Origin: Candidatus Levyibacteriota bacterium
GTDB lineage: Bacteria > Patescibacteriota > Microgenomatia > Levybacterales > UBA12049
Reading direction: 5' to 3'
Assembly: GCA_029260965.1 (NCBI GenBank)
Contig: JAJDCG010000001.1
Location: forward strand, 376,012-440,011
DNA: 64,000 bases
Below, one piece after another: positions 1 through 9,403 of the stretch. Numbering within the stretch: position 1 is the stretch's first letter; each line of letters starts with the position of its first letter. The notes below the pieces were generated by a model, which saw nothing but the letters and a program-made list of their open reading frames with translations, had not been told where the DNA came from and searched no databases. Position numbers and translations under genes: made by a program.

Positions 1-229
1 ATAAAATCAAGGAGAATTAAAGCTTTTTAGAGTGTCCAGCAATGTTGATTGTTACCTCAATTCCCTGTGATTCTTTTTTGCAAAAAAGGTATTTTATGTC
101 AGCGTTTTTCTGCAGTGTTTTTCAAGACTTGGGGTGAGGTCTTTCATGGCAACTGGTTTTGATAATCGCTACTGAAAGATTTTTTATGCTTCTATTTTGG
201 ATAGGAGATTTTTTGTTTTTTGAGCATGA

Positions 230-844
230 TTATTTATTTACCAATTTTTCAATATATTTTGCAAGTACATCTATTTCTATATTGACCAAGTCATCGATTT
301 TTGCTTTGTGCAACATTGTTTTCATCCACGTATGAGGTATGATGCCGATTGTAAAATAGTTTTTTCCGATATCTATAACTGTGAGTGAAATTCCATTTAT
401 TGCTACAGAGCCTTTGGGTACTAGATATTTTAAGAGTTTCTTATCACCTGTAAATGTAAAAATACTACTGTTGCCATCTTTTGTAATTTTCAATATTTTG
501 CCTACACCATCAACATGTCCCTGGACTATGTGTCCAGATAGTAGAGTATCAGGGGTTGCAGGTAGTTCTAGATTTACAAGATCGCGTTTTGAAAGGGTAC
601 CGATGTTTGTTTTCTTTTCGGTTTCAGGCATAAAATCGATTGAAAAATCTGTGTTTGAAAACTCTGTAACGGTGAGGCAGATTCCATTTATCGAGATACT
701 TGATCCTGTCTTGAGTTTTTGTAATAATTTTTTCTCAGTTGATATAGTCAGTTTTCCATTTTGTTTATCAACAACTTTTCCAAGTTGTTCTATGATGCCT
801 GTGAACATAGAGGTATTATACAAAGAAAGATATGATTGTCGCAA
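230..844 (-). CDS. ribE: riboflavin synthase alpha subunit
   Basis: N-terminal MFTGIIE signature. Two lumazine-binding repeats: NGICLTV and NGISLTV. GHIVQGHVDGVG motif. 204 aa, typical length. Confidence 0.85.
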   Translation of the reverse strand: MRQSYLSLYNTSMFTGIIEQLGKVVDKQNGKLTISTEKKLLQKLKTGSSISINGICLTVTEFSNTDFSIDFMPETEKKTNIGTLSKRDLVNLELPATPDTLLSGHIVQGHVDGVGKILKITKDGNSSIFTFTGDKKLLKYLVPKGSVAINGISLTVIDIGKNYFTIGIIPHTWMKTMLHKAKIDDLVNIEIDVLAKYIEKLVNK

Positions 845-2168
845 TGCCGGCAGCAGTCATAACTATAGTTATAAAAAAACCAAGAAAAGATATGACAGGG
901 TGATTTATTCTCTCCTTGACTACTTTTTTATTATTGGTCATCTGGACGATTAAGAAAAGTATAACTGGTGCGACAAGCCCATTGACAACAGCGGAATAGA
1001 TAAGAAGTTTAATTGGATCAAATCCGAGGAAATTAATATCCATTGCTAATATCATTGAGAGTATGATTACACCATAAAACGGTCTTGCCTGGTGAAGTGT
1101 ACGGAAAAGCCCTGAGCGCCATTTGAAGCTTTCGGCAACAGTGTATGCTGCAGAGCCTGCGAGAATTGGGACTGAGAGCAGTCCTGTTCCGATTATTCCT
1201 ATGGAAAAGAGCAAAAAAGCATATTCTCCTGCAAGAGGTCTGAGTGCACGGGCTGCATCTGATGCTGTATTTATAGAATGGATTCCGTTTGAGAACAGAA
1301 CTGCTGCAGTTGTCGCGATTATGGAGAACATGACAGCATTTGAGATAAACATCCCAGTCCAGACATCTATCCGCATTTTGCGTACTTCCTCGTTTGTTGT
1401 CTCTGATCTGAGTCTAATTGACGTCTTACCATGTTGTATTTCTTCTTCTATTTCATGTGATGTCTGCCAGAAAAAAAGATAGGGCGATATGGTTGTTCCC
1501 AGAATTGCAGTTACAATAAATATTTGGTCTTTTGTGAATTGGAATGATGGGATTAGGGCATGATGGATTAGGAGTCTTGGGTCAATTCTTACCAAGAAAG
1601 CTGTTATTACATAAGAAAAAAGTACAAGCACTAGATACTTTAGATATCTGGCGTATTTTTCGTAGGGCGTGAAGATTTGTAAACCTAGACAAAGGAAGCT
1701 AAAAAAAACTACCAGAACAGGAAAATTCATACTCGGATAAATAAGGCGTGTTGCTTCACTCATGGCGCCGATGTTTGCTGCGATGTTAAGTGTGTTTGCG
1801 CCAAAAAGTAGGGCTGCTGTTATATAGAGTACCCATCTGGGATAATTTATTCTGATATTTCCAGCAAGTCCGCGTCCTGTTGTGAGGCCGATTCTAGCGC
1901 ACATTTCCTGAACAATAGACATCAGAGGAAAGGTAAAAATAGACATCCATAGGAACTGAAATCCATACTTAGCACCAGTTTGTGAATATGTTGCGATTCC
2001 AGAAGGATCATCGTCAGCAGCTCCTGTAACAAATCCTGGTCCAAGTCCTCGCCAGAATCCACGGGCTCGAGTAAAGCTCCTGCCTTTGCCAAGTTTTTTA
2101 CCTGCCTCAATTCCCTTTTCAAGCATGATGGATGAACCCTCTGCCAATTCTTCAATTTCTTTTTCCAT
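816..2168 (-). CDS. mntH: Nramp-family divalent metal (Mn2+/Fe2+) transporter MntH
   Basis: GPGFVTGAADDDPSGIATYSQTGAKYGF matches the Nramp consensus (GPGFL..DPGN..T..Q.GA.YGY). About 11 predicted TM segments, 450 aa. Confidence 0.85.
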   Translation of the reverse strand: MEKEIEELAEGSSIMLEKGIEAGKKLGKGRSFTRARGFWRGLGPGFVTGAADDDPSGIATYSQTGAKYGFQFLWMSIFTFPLMSIVQEMCARIGLTTGRGLAGNIRINYPRWVLYITAALLFGANTLNIAANIGAMSEATRLIYPSMNFPVLVVFFSFLCLGLQIFTPYEKYARYLKYLVLVLFSYVITAFLVRIDPRLLIHHALIPSFQFTKDQIFIVTAILGTTISPYLFFWQTSHEIEEEIQHGKTSIRLRSETTNEEVRKMRIDVWTGMFISNAVMFSIIATTAAVLFSNGIHSINTASDAARALRPLAGEYAFLLFSIGIIGTGLLSVPILAGSAAYTVAESFKWRSGLFRTLHQARPFYGVIILSMILAMDINFLGFDPIKLLIYSAVVNGLVAPVILFLIVQMTNNKKVVKERINHPVISFLGFFITIVMTAAGIATIISFFV

Positions 2169-2292
2169 ATATTAATTAAGACGATTTTTAACAATTTTGG
2201 CAATAGTCTTTTGAATACTTGCTATATATTGTGAGGCACTATGTGTGTCTTGACTTAATTTAATTAAACAAGTTAAATATTAACAGCGGTTT

Positions 2293-2664
2293 ATGAATAA
2301 AAAAGTTGGCATCGCTCTAGGATTGATAATCGTTTTATCAGGAATCGGTTTTTTTGTAAATAGCCCAACCACAACCTCCGACTCCTCAATAACAGCAGAA
2401 GATATACCAGAGAATACAGTAATTATCAAAGATTTTAAATTTAACCCTCCTAAATTAACTGTAAAAAAGGGTACTACAGTAACTTTTATAAATGAGGATG
2501 TGGCTCAGCACAATGCAGTGGACGATGATGAAAAACCCGCAGGTCCTGATGGTCCGTTGCTTCTCAAGGGAAAAAAATATGAATACACCCCAACTGAAAC
2601 TGGAGAATTTAACTATCATTGCGCGCCTCATCCATTTATGAAGGGCAGAATTGAGGTAATCTAA
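2293..2664 (+). CDS. secreted cupredoxin (plastocyanin/azurin-like type-1 blue copper protein)
   Basis: N-terminal signal/TM peptide. Central His (VAQHNAV) plus C-terminal YHCAPHPFMKG giving Cys-x2-His-x2-Met, the type-1 copper ligand set. 123 aa beta-sandwich-sized. Confidence 0.7.
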   Translation: MNKKVGIALGLIIVLSGIGFFVNSPTTTSDSSITAEDIPENTVIIKDFKFNPPKLTVKKGTTVTFINEDVAQHNAVDDDEKPAGPDGPLLLKGKKYEYTPTETGEFNYHCAPHPFMKGRIEVI

Positions 2665-2694
2665 TAGAGAGTAAAGAGAGGGGGTGAATAAAAC

Positions 2695-3069
2695 ATGAAT
2701 GTTAAATCAGTATCAATGTGGGTTGGTGTTTTTTTCCTGGTATTAGGAATTATCGGGTTTGTCCCAGCTCTTACTCCAGACGGATTAGTGCTTGGTCTTT
2801 TCCTGGTTGACCCATTGCACAATATCGTCCATATATTGACAGGTGTAGTAGCAGTTTTTGCTGCAATGTCTAGTGTAAATGCTGCCAAAGTCTATTTTCA
2901 GGTTTTTGGAGTAGTCTATGCGTTAGTTACGGTTCTTGGATTTATGACTGGAACAGGATTATTTGGTCTCTTGCCAGTAAATCTAGCCGATAACGTATTC
3001 CATCTAGCTGTAACAGCTGTATATTTATACTATGGATTTGGAGGATCAAGTTCTTCAGCAAAAGCCTAG
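2695..3069 (+). CDS. small multi-TM membrane protein (DUF4383-like)
   Basis: 124 aa with 4 hydrophobic segments and a Gly/Ser-rich C-terminus. No catalytic motif recognised. Confidence 0.45.
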   Translation: MNVKSVSMWVGVFFLVLGIIGFVPALTPDGLVLGLFLVDPLHNIVHILTGVVAVFAAMSSVNAAKVYFQVFGVVYALVTVLGFMTGTGLFGLLPVNLADNVFHLAVTAVYLYYGFGGSSSSAKA

Positions 3070-3082
3070 TGGATTTTTTAGT

Positions 3083-3120
3083 AAGCGGTCTGTTCTCAAA
3101 AGGAACAGATCGCTTATTTA
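3083..3120. terminator. bidirectional intrinsic terminator hairpin between convergent genes
   Basis: aagcgGTCTGTTC-tcaaaag-GAACAGATcgctt forms a 13-bp stem with one mismatch and a 7-nt loop. Flanked by T-runs on both strands (ttttttag upstream, attta downstream). Lies between the + gene ending at 3069 and the - gene ending at 3136. Confidence 0.5.
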
Positions 3121-3135
3121 GTGTTGGGTTGATAC

Positions 3136-3426
3136 TTATTTCTCAGTTTTCACAGTAGGCCAACCGTGCGGATTTGAAGGAGTTATAGGACCGTGATGTA
3201 TTTCAGTATTAGGTCTGTTGGCAGAATTCATTATTTCTTCAGTCAATTTTTCGCGAATGTTAGTTGGGGAGTTAGCTATCATCTTTTCTATGTTTTTAAT
3301 TTGCTGTTGTGCGTCTTCGGGAGTTAGCCCAGCAGTTATTTTTCTTTCCCTCACCTTTTCCAATGCATCCTTGAGAGTCTTGACTGGTTCATTTATGGTA
3401 ATTGTTGATTCTGGGCTTTCTGGCAT
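3136..3426 (-). CDS. hypothetical protein
   Basis: 96-aa ORF with charged helical character, convergent with upstream gene. No recognisable motif. Confidence 0.35.
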   Translation of the reverse strand: MPESPESTITINEPVKTLKDALEKVRERKITAGLTPEDAQQQIKNIEKMIANSPTNIREKLTEEIMNSANRPNTEIHHGPITPSNPHGWPTVKTEK

Positions 3427-3469
3427 GATAAATCTATTATAGAAGCTTATTTATTCTTGTCAAGGCTGG

Positions 3470-4897
3470 ATGGTAAATGATATGATGTTTGCGGTAGATA
3501 TTATGGAAAGGATATTGGTAAAAAATACTTCGGGTTTAATTAATCAAGAAATACTGGTTCAGGGTTTTGTGCAGGCACGGCGTGATCATGGCAAGCTAAT
3601 TTTTATTGACCTTCGCGATAGGACGGGACTTCTTCAGGTCGTATTCAATCCTCGTGTCGCACAGGATGCCCACAAGATAGCATCAAATTTGCGTCCTGAA
3701 TATGCAGTTTCGGTCAGGGGTACGGTCAAAAAAAGACCTGAGCATATGATTAATGAAAAAATCATTAGTGGTACAGTTGAGCTGGAGGCAGTAGAGATTG
3801 ATATACTTTCCAAAGCTGATACACTCCCATTTGATATGGGTGGTGAGAGCTTGGATGTTGAGCTGCCAACACTTCTGGATCACCGCGCGCTTACACTTAG
3901 ACATGAAAGGGTTAAGAAAATATTTGAAATCCAAGCAGCGATAATTGAGGAATTCCGCAGAGCATCACTTGACCTTGATTGTACGGAGGTAGTTGTCCCA
4001 ACCATTGCATCTGGCGCGACAGAAGGAGGCGCCGAGGTCTTCCCAATTGATTATTTTGGTCACCATGCATTCCTAACTCAGAGCCCACAGCTCTATAAAC
4101 AAATAATGGTGGGTGTTTTTGAACGAGTTTTTCTCATTGCCAAAGCATACAGGGCAGAGCCGTCTGTAACTACTAGGCATTTAACTGAAGCTACACAAAT
4201 GGATATTGAGATTGGGTTTATAAAGGATTTTACAGAGCTTCTTGACGCTCTTGAAAAAGTGGGGGTTGCGATGATCAATAATGTTTCTGAAAAGCATCCT
4301 GAAATCTTAAAAGAATTTGGAGTTGACAAACCTCTTGTTCCGACAAAAATCCCCCGTCTCACTCTGAGAGAGGCGCAAGAAATAATAAGCAAAAGAACAA
4401 ATCGCGACCTTTCAAAAGAGATGGATCTAAACCCTGAAGATGAGCGCGAGATATGTAAGTGGGCAAGGACTGAGCATAAATCAGATTTTGTTACCATCAC
4501 TCATTTTCCAACCAAAAAACGTGCGTTCTATACTATGCCCGATCCAGCGGATCCAGAATACAGTCTCTCATATGATCTTTTATTTAGGGGTATTGAGGTT
4601 CTCAGTGGGTCTGAGCGTATTCATGATTACGATCAGCTAGTAGAAGCTATGAAACACAAGGGAGTAGATCCAGCGAATTTTGGTATCTATCTCCAAGCCT
4701 TCAAATACGGCATGCCTCCAGAAGGAGGGTTTTCATTTGGATTGGAAAGGCTTACAATGAAATTACTGGAGTTAACAAACGTAAGGGAAGCATCACTCTT
4801 CCCACGCGATATGGAACGCATTGATGAAAGATTCTCAAAAACAGAAGAAGAAAAAGAGGTACTTCAAAAAAACAAATCCTCAGAAAGAAACAACTAA
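3470..4897 (+). CDS. aspS: aspartate--tRNA ligase, archaeal/eukaryotic type (probably non-discriminating)
   Basis: Flipping-loop motif LTQSPQLYKQ. Class II motif 3 GGFSFGLERL. FPRD near C-terminus. N-terminal OB-fold region. True start may be the internal Met (MERILV...). A 25-aa K/E-rich C-terminal tail overlaps the next gene. Confidence 0.85.
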   Translation: MVNDMMFAVDIMERILVKNTSGLINQEILVQGFVQARRDHGKLIFIDLRDRTGLLQVVFNPRVAQDAHKIASNLRPEYAVSVRGTVKKRPEHMINEKIISGTVELEAVEIDILSKADTLPFDMGGESLDVELPTLLDHRALTLRHERVKKIFEIQAAIIEEFRRASLDLDCTEVVVPTIASGATEGGAEVFPIDYFGHHAFLTQSPQLYKQIMVGVFERVFLIAKAYRAEPSVTTRHLTEATQMDIEIGFIKDFTELLDALEKVGVAMINNVSEKHPEILKEFGVDKPLVPTKIPRLTLREAQEIISKRTNRDLSKEMDLNPEDEREICKWARTEHKSDFVTITHFPTKKRAFYTMPDPADPEYSLSYDLLFRGIEVLSGSERIHDYDQLVEAMKHKGVDPANFGIYLQAFKYGMPPEGGFSFGLERLTMKLLELTNVREASLFPRDMERIDERFSKTEEEKEVLQKNKSSERNN

Positions 4898-5897
4898 ACC
4901 AACTCCAAAGGAAACAGTTGTATATAAATCAAAGAAGAGAAATCTTAATTTTGATATTTTTTTTAAAAAACATGAGATAAATATTCAGTTGTTTTTGATT
5001 GTATTTATTTTACTAGTTATTTTCGCTACGCTTTTTTTTGTAAATAAGCATCTCTCTATAGAAAGAGTATCAGTTTCAGCTGAAAAAGACCTGAGCATAG
5101 GAGGCAATGGACTGCTTCCTGTTCTGTTAAATGATTTTAGACCATCTGTTTCGGCTAGGGCTGCGATAATAACTGATTCCAGTTCTCAGAAAATTCTTTT
5201 CGCAAAAAATTCCGACCTCAGACTTTCAACTGCATCTACGGCAAAGATAATGACTGCGCTTGTAGCGCTCTCTCACTACAAAGAAGGTGATATTTTAACT
5301 ATAGCTCCAAGAATTGTTGAGGGATCTAGGCTTGGTTTCCTGCCTGGGCAACAATATTATTTCAAAGATGTGCTTCTTGCGCTCATGCTTCCTTCTGCAA
5401 ATGATGCAGCCTATGCGATTGCAGATAATTATCCTGGCGGTTACAGTGCTTTTATTGAGGCAATGAATAAAAAAGCAAGAGAGTTGGGGCTCTCAAATAC
5501 ACATTTTTCAGATCCTGCGGGACTAGAGGATGATACTAGTTATACAACAGTTGTTGACATGGCGAGGCTCGCATCAATTGCAATTAAAAATCCCACTTTT
5601 AAAAAAGTTGTTTCGATCAGGGAGGCAGCAATAAGCGGAATAACTGGTTATCCTTATTTTGAAATTGAGAATCTAAATGAACTTTTGGGTACTAGGGGCG
5701 TGATAGGTATAAAAACAGGCACAACAGTTGGTGCTGGTGAAGTACTTGTGACCTCGGTTGAATATCAGGACAGTATATTTATAATAGTGGTTATGCAGAG
5801 TCAGGATAGATTTACTGATACGTTGACACTGATTGATTTTTTAGAGAATAATGTATTTTTTATAAAACCTGATATAAATTCATATGTCAAAAATTAA
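4821..5897 (+). CDS. dacA: D-alanyl-D-alanine carboxypeptidase (S11 peptidase / PBP5-like)
   Basis: SxxK motif (LSTASTAKIMT), SxN motif (LPSANDAA) and KTG motif (GIKTGTT). K-rich cytoplasmic N-terminus followed by a TM anchor. The annotated start overlaps aspS by 77 nt, so the true start is uncertain. Confidence 0.8.
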   Translation: MMKDSQKQKKKKRYFKKTNPQKETTKPTPKETVVYKSKKRNLNFDIFFKKHEINIQLFLIVFILLVIFATLFFVNKHLSIERVSVSAEKDLSIGGNGLLPVLLNDFRPSVSARAAIITDSSSQKILFAKNSDLRLSTASTAKIMTALVALSHYKEGDILTIAPRIVEGSRLGFLPGQQYYFKDVLLALMLPSANDAAYAIADNYPGGYSAFIEAMNKKARELGLSNTHFSDPAGLEDDTSYTTVVDMARLASIAIKNPTFKKVVSIREAAISGITGYPYFEIENLNELLGTRGVIGIKTGTTVGAGEVLVTSVEYQDSIFIIVVMQSQDRFTDTLTLIDFLENNVFFIKPDINSYVKN

Positions 5898-8229
5898 ATT
5901 AGTCATATTTCTTTTAATATTTGTATTTACTTTCTTGCATTCTGCAAAGTCTGTGTTGGCAACAGGGGAATCTAAACCAACGGTTACAGTTGTAAATCCT
6001 ATTCGGGGACCACAGTTGGGTCTTGAAGGAAGAGATTTACTAGAAAGTCTTGAGGGTCATTGGAAAGCAACAAAAGATGAAAATATTGGTGCTACCTGGC
6101 TTTGGCAATATTCAGCACTTGAGGATGATGAGCTTGTACAGTTTGCAAAATCGAATATGTCAAATCAGGAATTTGGTATCTTTCTGGAGATTGACAAAAA
6201 TTTTGCAGAAAAAACAAATGTTAGATACAGAGGAATTGGTCCATGGTTTCTTTCAGACGGATTATTTCCTACCTCATATGAACAGGGTGAGAGGGAAAAA
6301 TTTATAACTAACGTTTTTGAAACTTTCAGAGAAAGGTTTGGTTATTATCCAAAAACAGTCGGTGCTTGGTGGGTTGGAGCAGAGTCAATTAAATTCATGA
6401 AAGAAAAGTATGGAGTAATTGCTGTGCTGCAGTGCGCTGATCAATTTATGACAGATAGATATTCAATTTGGGGGACTCCATGGAGTATTCCTTATGTGCC
6501 TTCGTCTATAAATTCAGGCATACCTGCACAATCTTCTTTTTACAAAATTGACGATGTTGTAGTAATCCAGTGGGCAATGCGAGATCCTGTTAATGGGTAC
6601 GGGGAATCAGTAGAGTATAGCACTTTTAGTATTCAGGATTATACATTAAAAAAATATGACCCTAAATCATACCTTGAATATCTTAGGAAAATTTATTTAA
6701 AAAGACAGTTTGATCATATGGTTGTGGGACTGGAGTCAGGATTTGGAGGTGCTTCATATGGTGGAATGTATCAAGACAATTTGAAAGTCATAGCGGAGTG
6801 GAGAAATGAGGAAAAAGTGCAGGTTCAGACAGCTGTTGATTATGCGTTAGGATTTATAGATGCAAATATTATATTTCCACCAACAAGTCACTTTTTAAGT
6901 AGTGGATTTGATAGTCAGGATCAAGCATTTTGGTACCACTCTCCAGGTTACAGAATTGGAATAAAAAAAGAAGGAGATCGGGTTTATCTGATCGACTTGA
7001 GGGATTATACTCAGACTCCTGCGGAAGAGTTTTATGTCTTGCCCAATACAAATGAATATTTCCGTATAAATACAGCTGCGATAATTGATTCTGTTAGATT
7101 TCCAGAAGAGAAAGTATTGCTTTTCTCATCCGATGAACAGCTGAAAACTGAGGAAAACAATGGTGGTGTTTCTTTATATGCTGGTGATAAGAAGATAGTA
7201 GATCTTAACAAATCAAAAATTATTTTTTCTGAAGTCAAAGAGTCAGAAAAGTTCAGCAGACTGTCGGATAGGGTTAATCTTTTGGAAGATGGGATAATTG
7301 TTGCATTTGATAATTTTAGATTCAATATGGCTGTTTTGAGTGTAATTGTGCCACTATTTTTGTATGTGATGTATTTGATTTATTTTTATCGTGGAAAAGT
7401 AAAAAGGTTGTTAATAAATTTTTTCTATTTGATTTTAGGTATTGTTGCTCTTTATCCAATATACTCAAGTGGTGCTTTTTTTCAAGATGCAATAGGATTT
7501 AGCAGGTTTGGGTTCCAAATGTTTGAATATGTAAAATTTATACCTCTTAATCCAGAGCACAAGATTCTATTTATCTATCAGATCATTCCAATAAGTTTTA
7601 TTATTGTTTTTCATTTTTTGGTCATTAAATTTATTAAAAAAGCAAGCGTTATCCTAGCGATTTATACAGTTTTGTTAGTTTTATATTTTGCTTATTTTGG
7701 AGACCATATTTCAGATATTCAAAACTTCTTTAACCTGGGAAGAAGAGCCAAGTTGATTGTTTTTGCGTTTGCAGCGTTAATTTTTGGAGGAATTTGGCTT
7801 ATGTACGATCTTTTTACACGAAAAAAGGAACGAACTCTTAAATTAATATTTATCGGGATTGTTATTTCAATTTTGTTTTTGTACAGAGGTGACATATTTG
7901 GCCATAGGCATTATATAATTTTACCGTTTGAAATGTCAGCATTGGAAAAGGTGTATGAAGTGCGAGAAGATGTTTTGTATAGGCTGCCAGATTTTGATCA
8001 GAGAAGTTATCAGTCTGTCACGCCTCTATTAATTTTAGATGTAAAGTATATGGAGGCATTAACGGCTGTTGAATGGGAGGTTGTTGAAAAAGAAGATATT
8101 GTTTTAGAATTGAAAAATAGAAAAGCAAAATTAATATTTTTACCAAGATATTTAGGCGCAGGTATGAGTCATGCTGACAAGCTGGAGAAAATTTTCGACA
8201 ATGGACAGATAGCTATATTTAAGGATTAG
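5884..8229 (+). CDS. large membrane protein: N-terminal extracytoplasmic domain (~470 aa) plus C-terminal multi-TM domain, function unknown
   Basis: Signal peptide, long soluble domain (GIGPWFLSDGLFP, AWWVGAESIKFMKEKYG), then about 8 hydrophobic helices. No catalytic motif recognised. Confidence 0.5.
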   Translation: MSKIKLVIFLLIFVFTFLHSAKSVLATGESKPTVTVVNPIRGPQLGLEGRDLLESLEGHWKATKDENIGATWLWQYSALEDDELVQFAKSNMSNQEFGIFLEIDKNFAEKTNVRYRGIGPWFLSDGLFPTSYEQGEREKFITNVFETFRERFGYYPKTVGAWWVGAESIKFMKEKYGVIAVLQCADQFMTDRYSIWGTPWSIPYVPSSINSGIPAQSSFYKIDDVVVIQWAMRDPVNGYGESVEYSTFSIQDYTLKKYDPKSYLEYLRKIYLKRQFDHMVVGLESGFGGASYGGMYQDNLKVIAEWRNEEKVQVQTAVDYALGFIDANIIFPPTSHFLSSGFDSQDQAFWYHSPGYRIGIKKEGDRVYLIDLRDYTQTPAEEFYVLPNTNEYFRINTAAIIDSVRFPEEKVLLFSSDEQLKTEENNGGVSLYAGDKKIVDLNKSKIIFSEVKESEKFSRLSDRVNLLEDGIIVAFDNFRFNMAVLSVIVPLFLYVMYLIYFYRGKVKRLLINFFYLILGIVALYPIYSSGAFFQDAIGFSRFGFQMFEYVKFIPLNPEHKILFIYQIIPISFIIVFHFLVIKFIKKASVILAIYTVLLVLYFAYFGDHISDIQNFFNLGRRAKLIVFAFAALIFGGIWLMYDLFTRKKERTLKLIFIGIVISILFLYRGDIFGHRHYIILPFEMSALEKVYEVREDVLYRLPDFDQRSYQSVTPLLILDVKYMEALTAVEWEVVEKEDIVLELKNRKAKLIFLPRYLGAGMSHADKLEKIFDNGQIAIFKD

Positions 8230-9403
8230 TCTGGCTTTTTATTGCTGGGACGTAGGCTTTGAACTCATCTTGCCCTTCAAAAACAATTACAGGCATTAGA
8301 TATTGCTGCTCATTCTTGTCTATGTAATATGCTAAAAAGATATTTGTGATTAATATCTGATCATCAAGCCCTTGGAAAGATGCGATATAAGCTTTGCCAT
8401 CTTTTAGTTCTTCAAATGCTTCATTTGGCGTCTTGACTGGATAAGTCGAGAATTCATCAAAGGTAATTTCTTTATGGGTAAAATCAGCCCTCACAACCTC
8501 TGGAAAAGATCTACCAGATGCAATCCAAAAACTCATTGTAGAAAAAGGAGGGTTTGGATATACGATTGGTGCCTTTATTTTCAATTTTTCCGTATCTTTG
8601 AATCCCGTATCCATTTCGTACTCAAGATCTTTTTGAAATAAATCAACCCTGATAACCTGTGTGGTTGCGAGGCTTGTGGCTGGTGCAAGAGAGTTATTCT
8701 GAATTGAAAACAATTTCGGTTCTTTTGTTTTAGCAGGGTCAATATCTTCTGGCAGTAAATCAATTTTTTCTAGGAATGACAGTGATACTTCTTTTGCTCC
8801 AGCTTGGTCAGAAAGATTTTGCCCTCCCCTTACTGTTAGATTGGTTAAAAATCCTGAATCCATAATGAAGTTAAACGATACGATGTCAAGCGTGATTTTT
8901 CTTCTTAATTCTTTTTTTTCTGACCATTCATACTTACCCCCTCCTAGGGAAGTTTCTGGGACTGGTTGTCCTAGTTCATCTGTTATGCCTATTTTTGCAA
9001 TTTTTTCTTTTGCTTTTTCAAGGTTCAATAGGTTTGGAGTTGGTTTTTTTATTTTATAAACATGAAGTCTATCTGGAAAATCTTGAGGTAGCTCGCCCGT
9101 TATCGTATTTATTGTATATGTTTTTTTTCTTGTTATGCCACTTTCAGGGAATTGCATAACAGGTAGCTGTCCAAACGCCATTTCTGGTTCAGTCGCGCGG
9201 GGAGGAGCTATAATATTTTTTATAAACCCTCCTAGCTGGAAAATTAAAACTAGTACTATTATTCCGACTATTGCTGCTCCTGCCCCGATTGCTACCTTTT
9301 TGGAATTTTCTGTTACATTATGTAGGGTCATATATTGAGTATATGGCAAAATTTGCGTATAATGCAAGGAGGCTTGATGCTGATAGTGAATGCCAGACAA
9401 CAA
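8219..9403 (-). CDS. hypothetical membrane-anchored extracytoplasmic protein
   Basis: Single N-terminal TM (VAIGAGAAIVGIIVLVLIFQLGG) followed by about 340 aa of soluble domain. Start may be the internal Met at 9331. Divergent from gltX. Confidence 0.45.
   Translation of the reverse strand: MLSGIHYQHQASLHYTQILPYTQYMTLHNVTENSKKVAIGAGAAIVGIIVLVLIFQLGGFIKNIIAPPRATEPEMAFGQLPVMQFPESGITRKKTYTINTITGELPQDFPDRLHVYKIKKPTPNLLNLEKAKEKIAKIGITDELGQPVPETSLGGGKYEWSEKKELRRKITLDIVSFNFIMDSGFLTNLTVRGGQNLSDQAGAKEVSLSFLEKIDLLPEDIDPAKTKEPKLFSIQNNSLAPATSLATTQVIRVDLFQKDLEYEMDTGFKDTEKLKIKAPIVYPNPPFSTMSFWIASGRSFPEVVRADFTHKEITFDEFSTYPVKTPNEAFEELKDGKAYIASFQGLDDQILITNIFLAYYIDKNEQQYLMPVIVFEGQDEFKAYVPAIKSQTNP
9335..9363 (+). 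promoter_or_regulatory. sigma70-like promoter upstream of gltX
   Basis: TTGAGT at 9335-9340, a 17-nt spacer, then perfect TATAAT at 9358-9363. Followed by AAGGAGG at 9366-9372 and an 11-codon uORF (9377-9412). Confidence 0.3.

Noticed and set aside
381-953. 190-aa + strand ORF opposite ribE/mntH.
   Set aside because: Lies entirely antisense to two well-supported genes (riboflavin synthase, Nramp). Low-complexity translation. Treated as a shadow ORF.
1123-1482. 119-aa + strand ORF inside mntH, and similar internal antisense ORFs (3683-3934, 4093-4500, 9497-9694, 13874-14086, 19069-19347, 21555-21890, 22433-22684, 24011-24370).
   Set aside because: All are embedded antisense within genes that have strong family motifs. 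No motifs of their own. Expected by chance in long ORFs.
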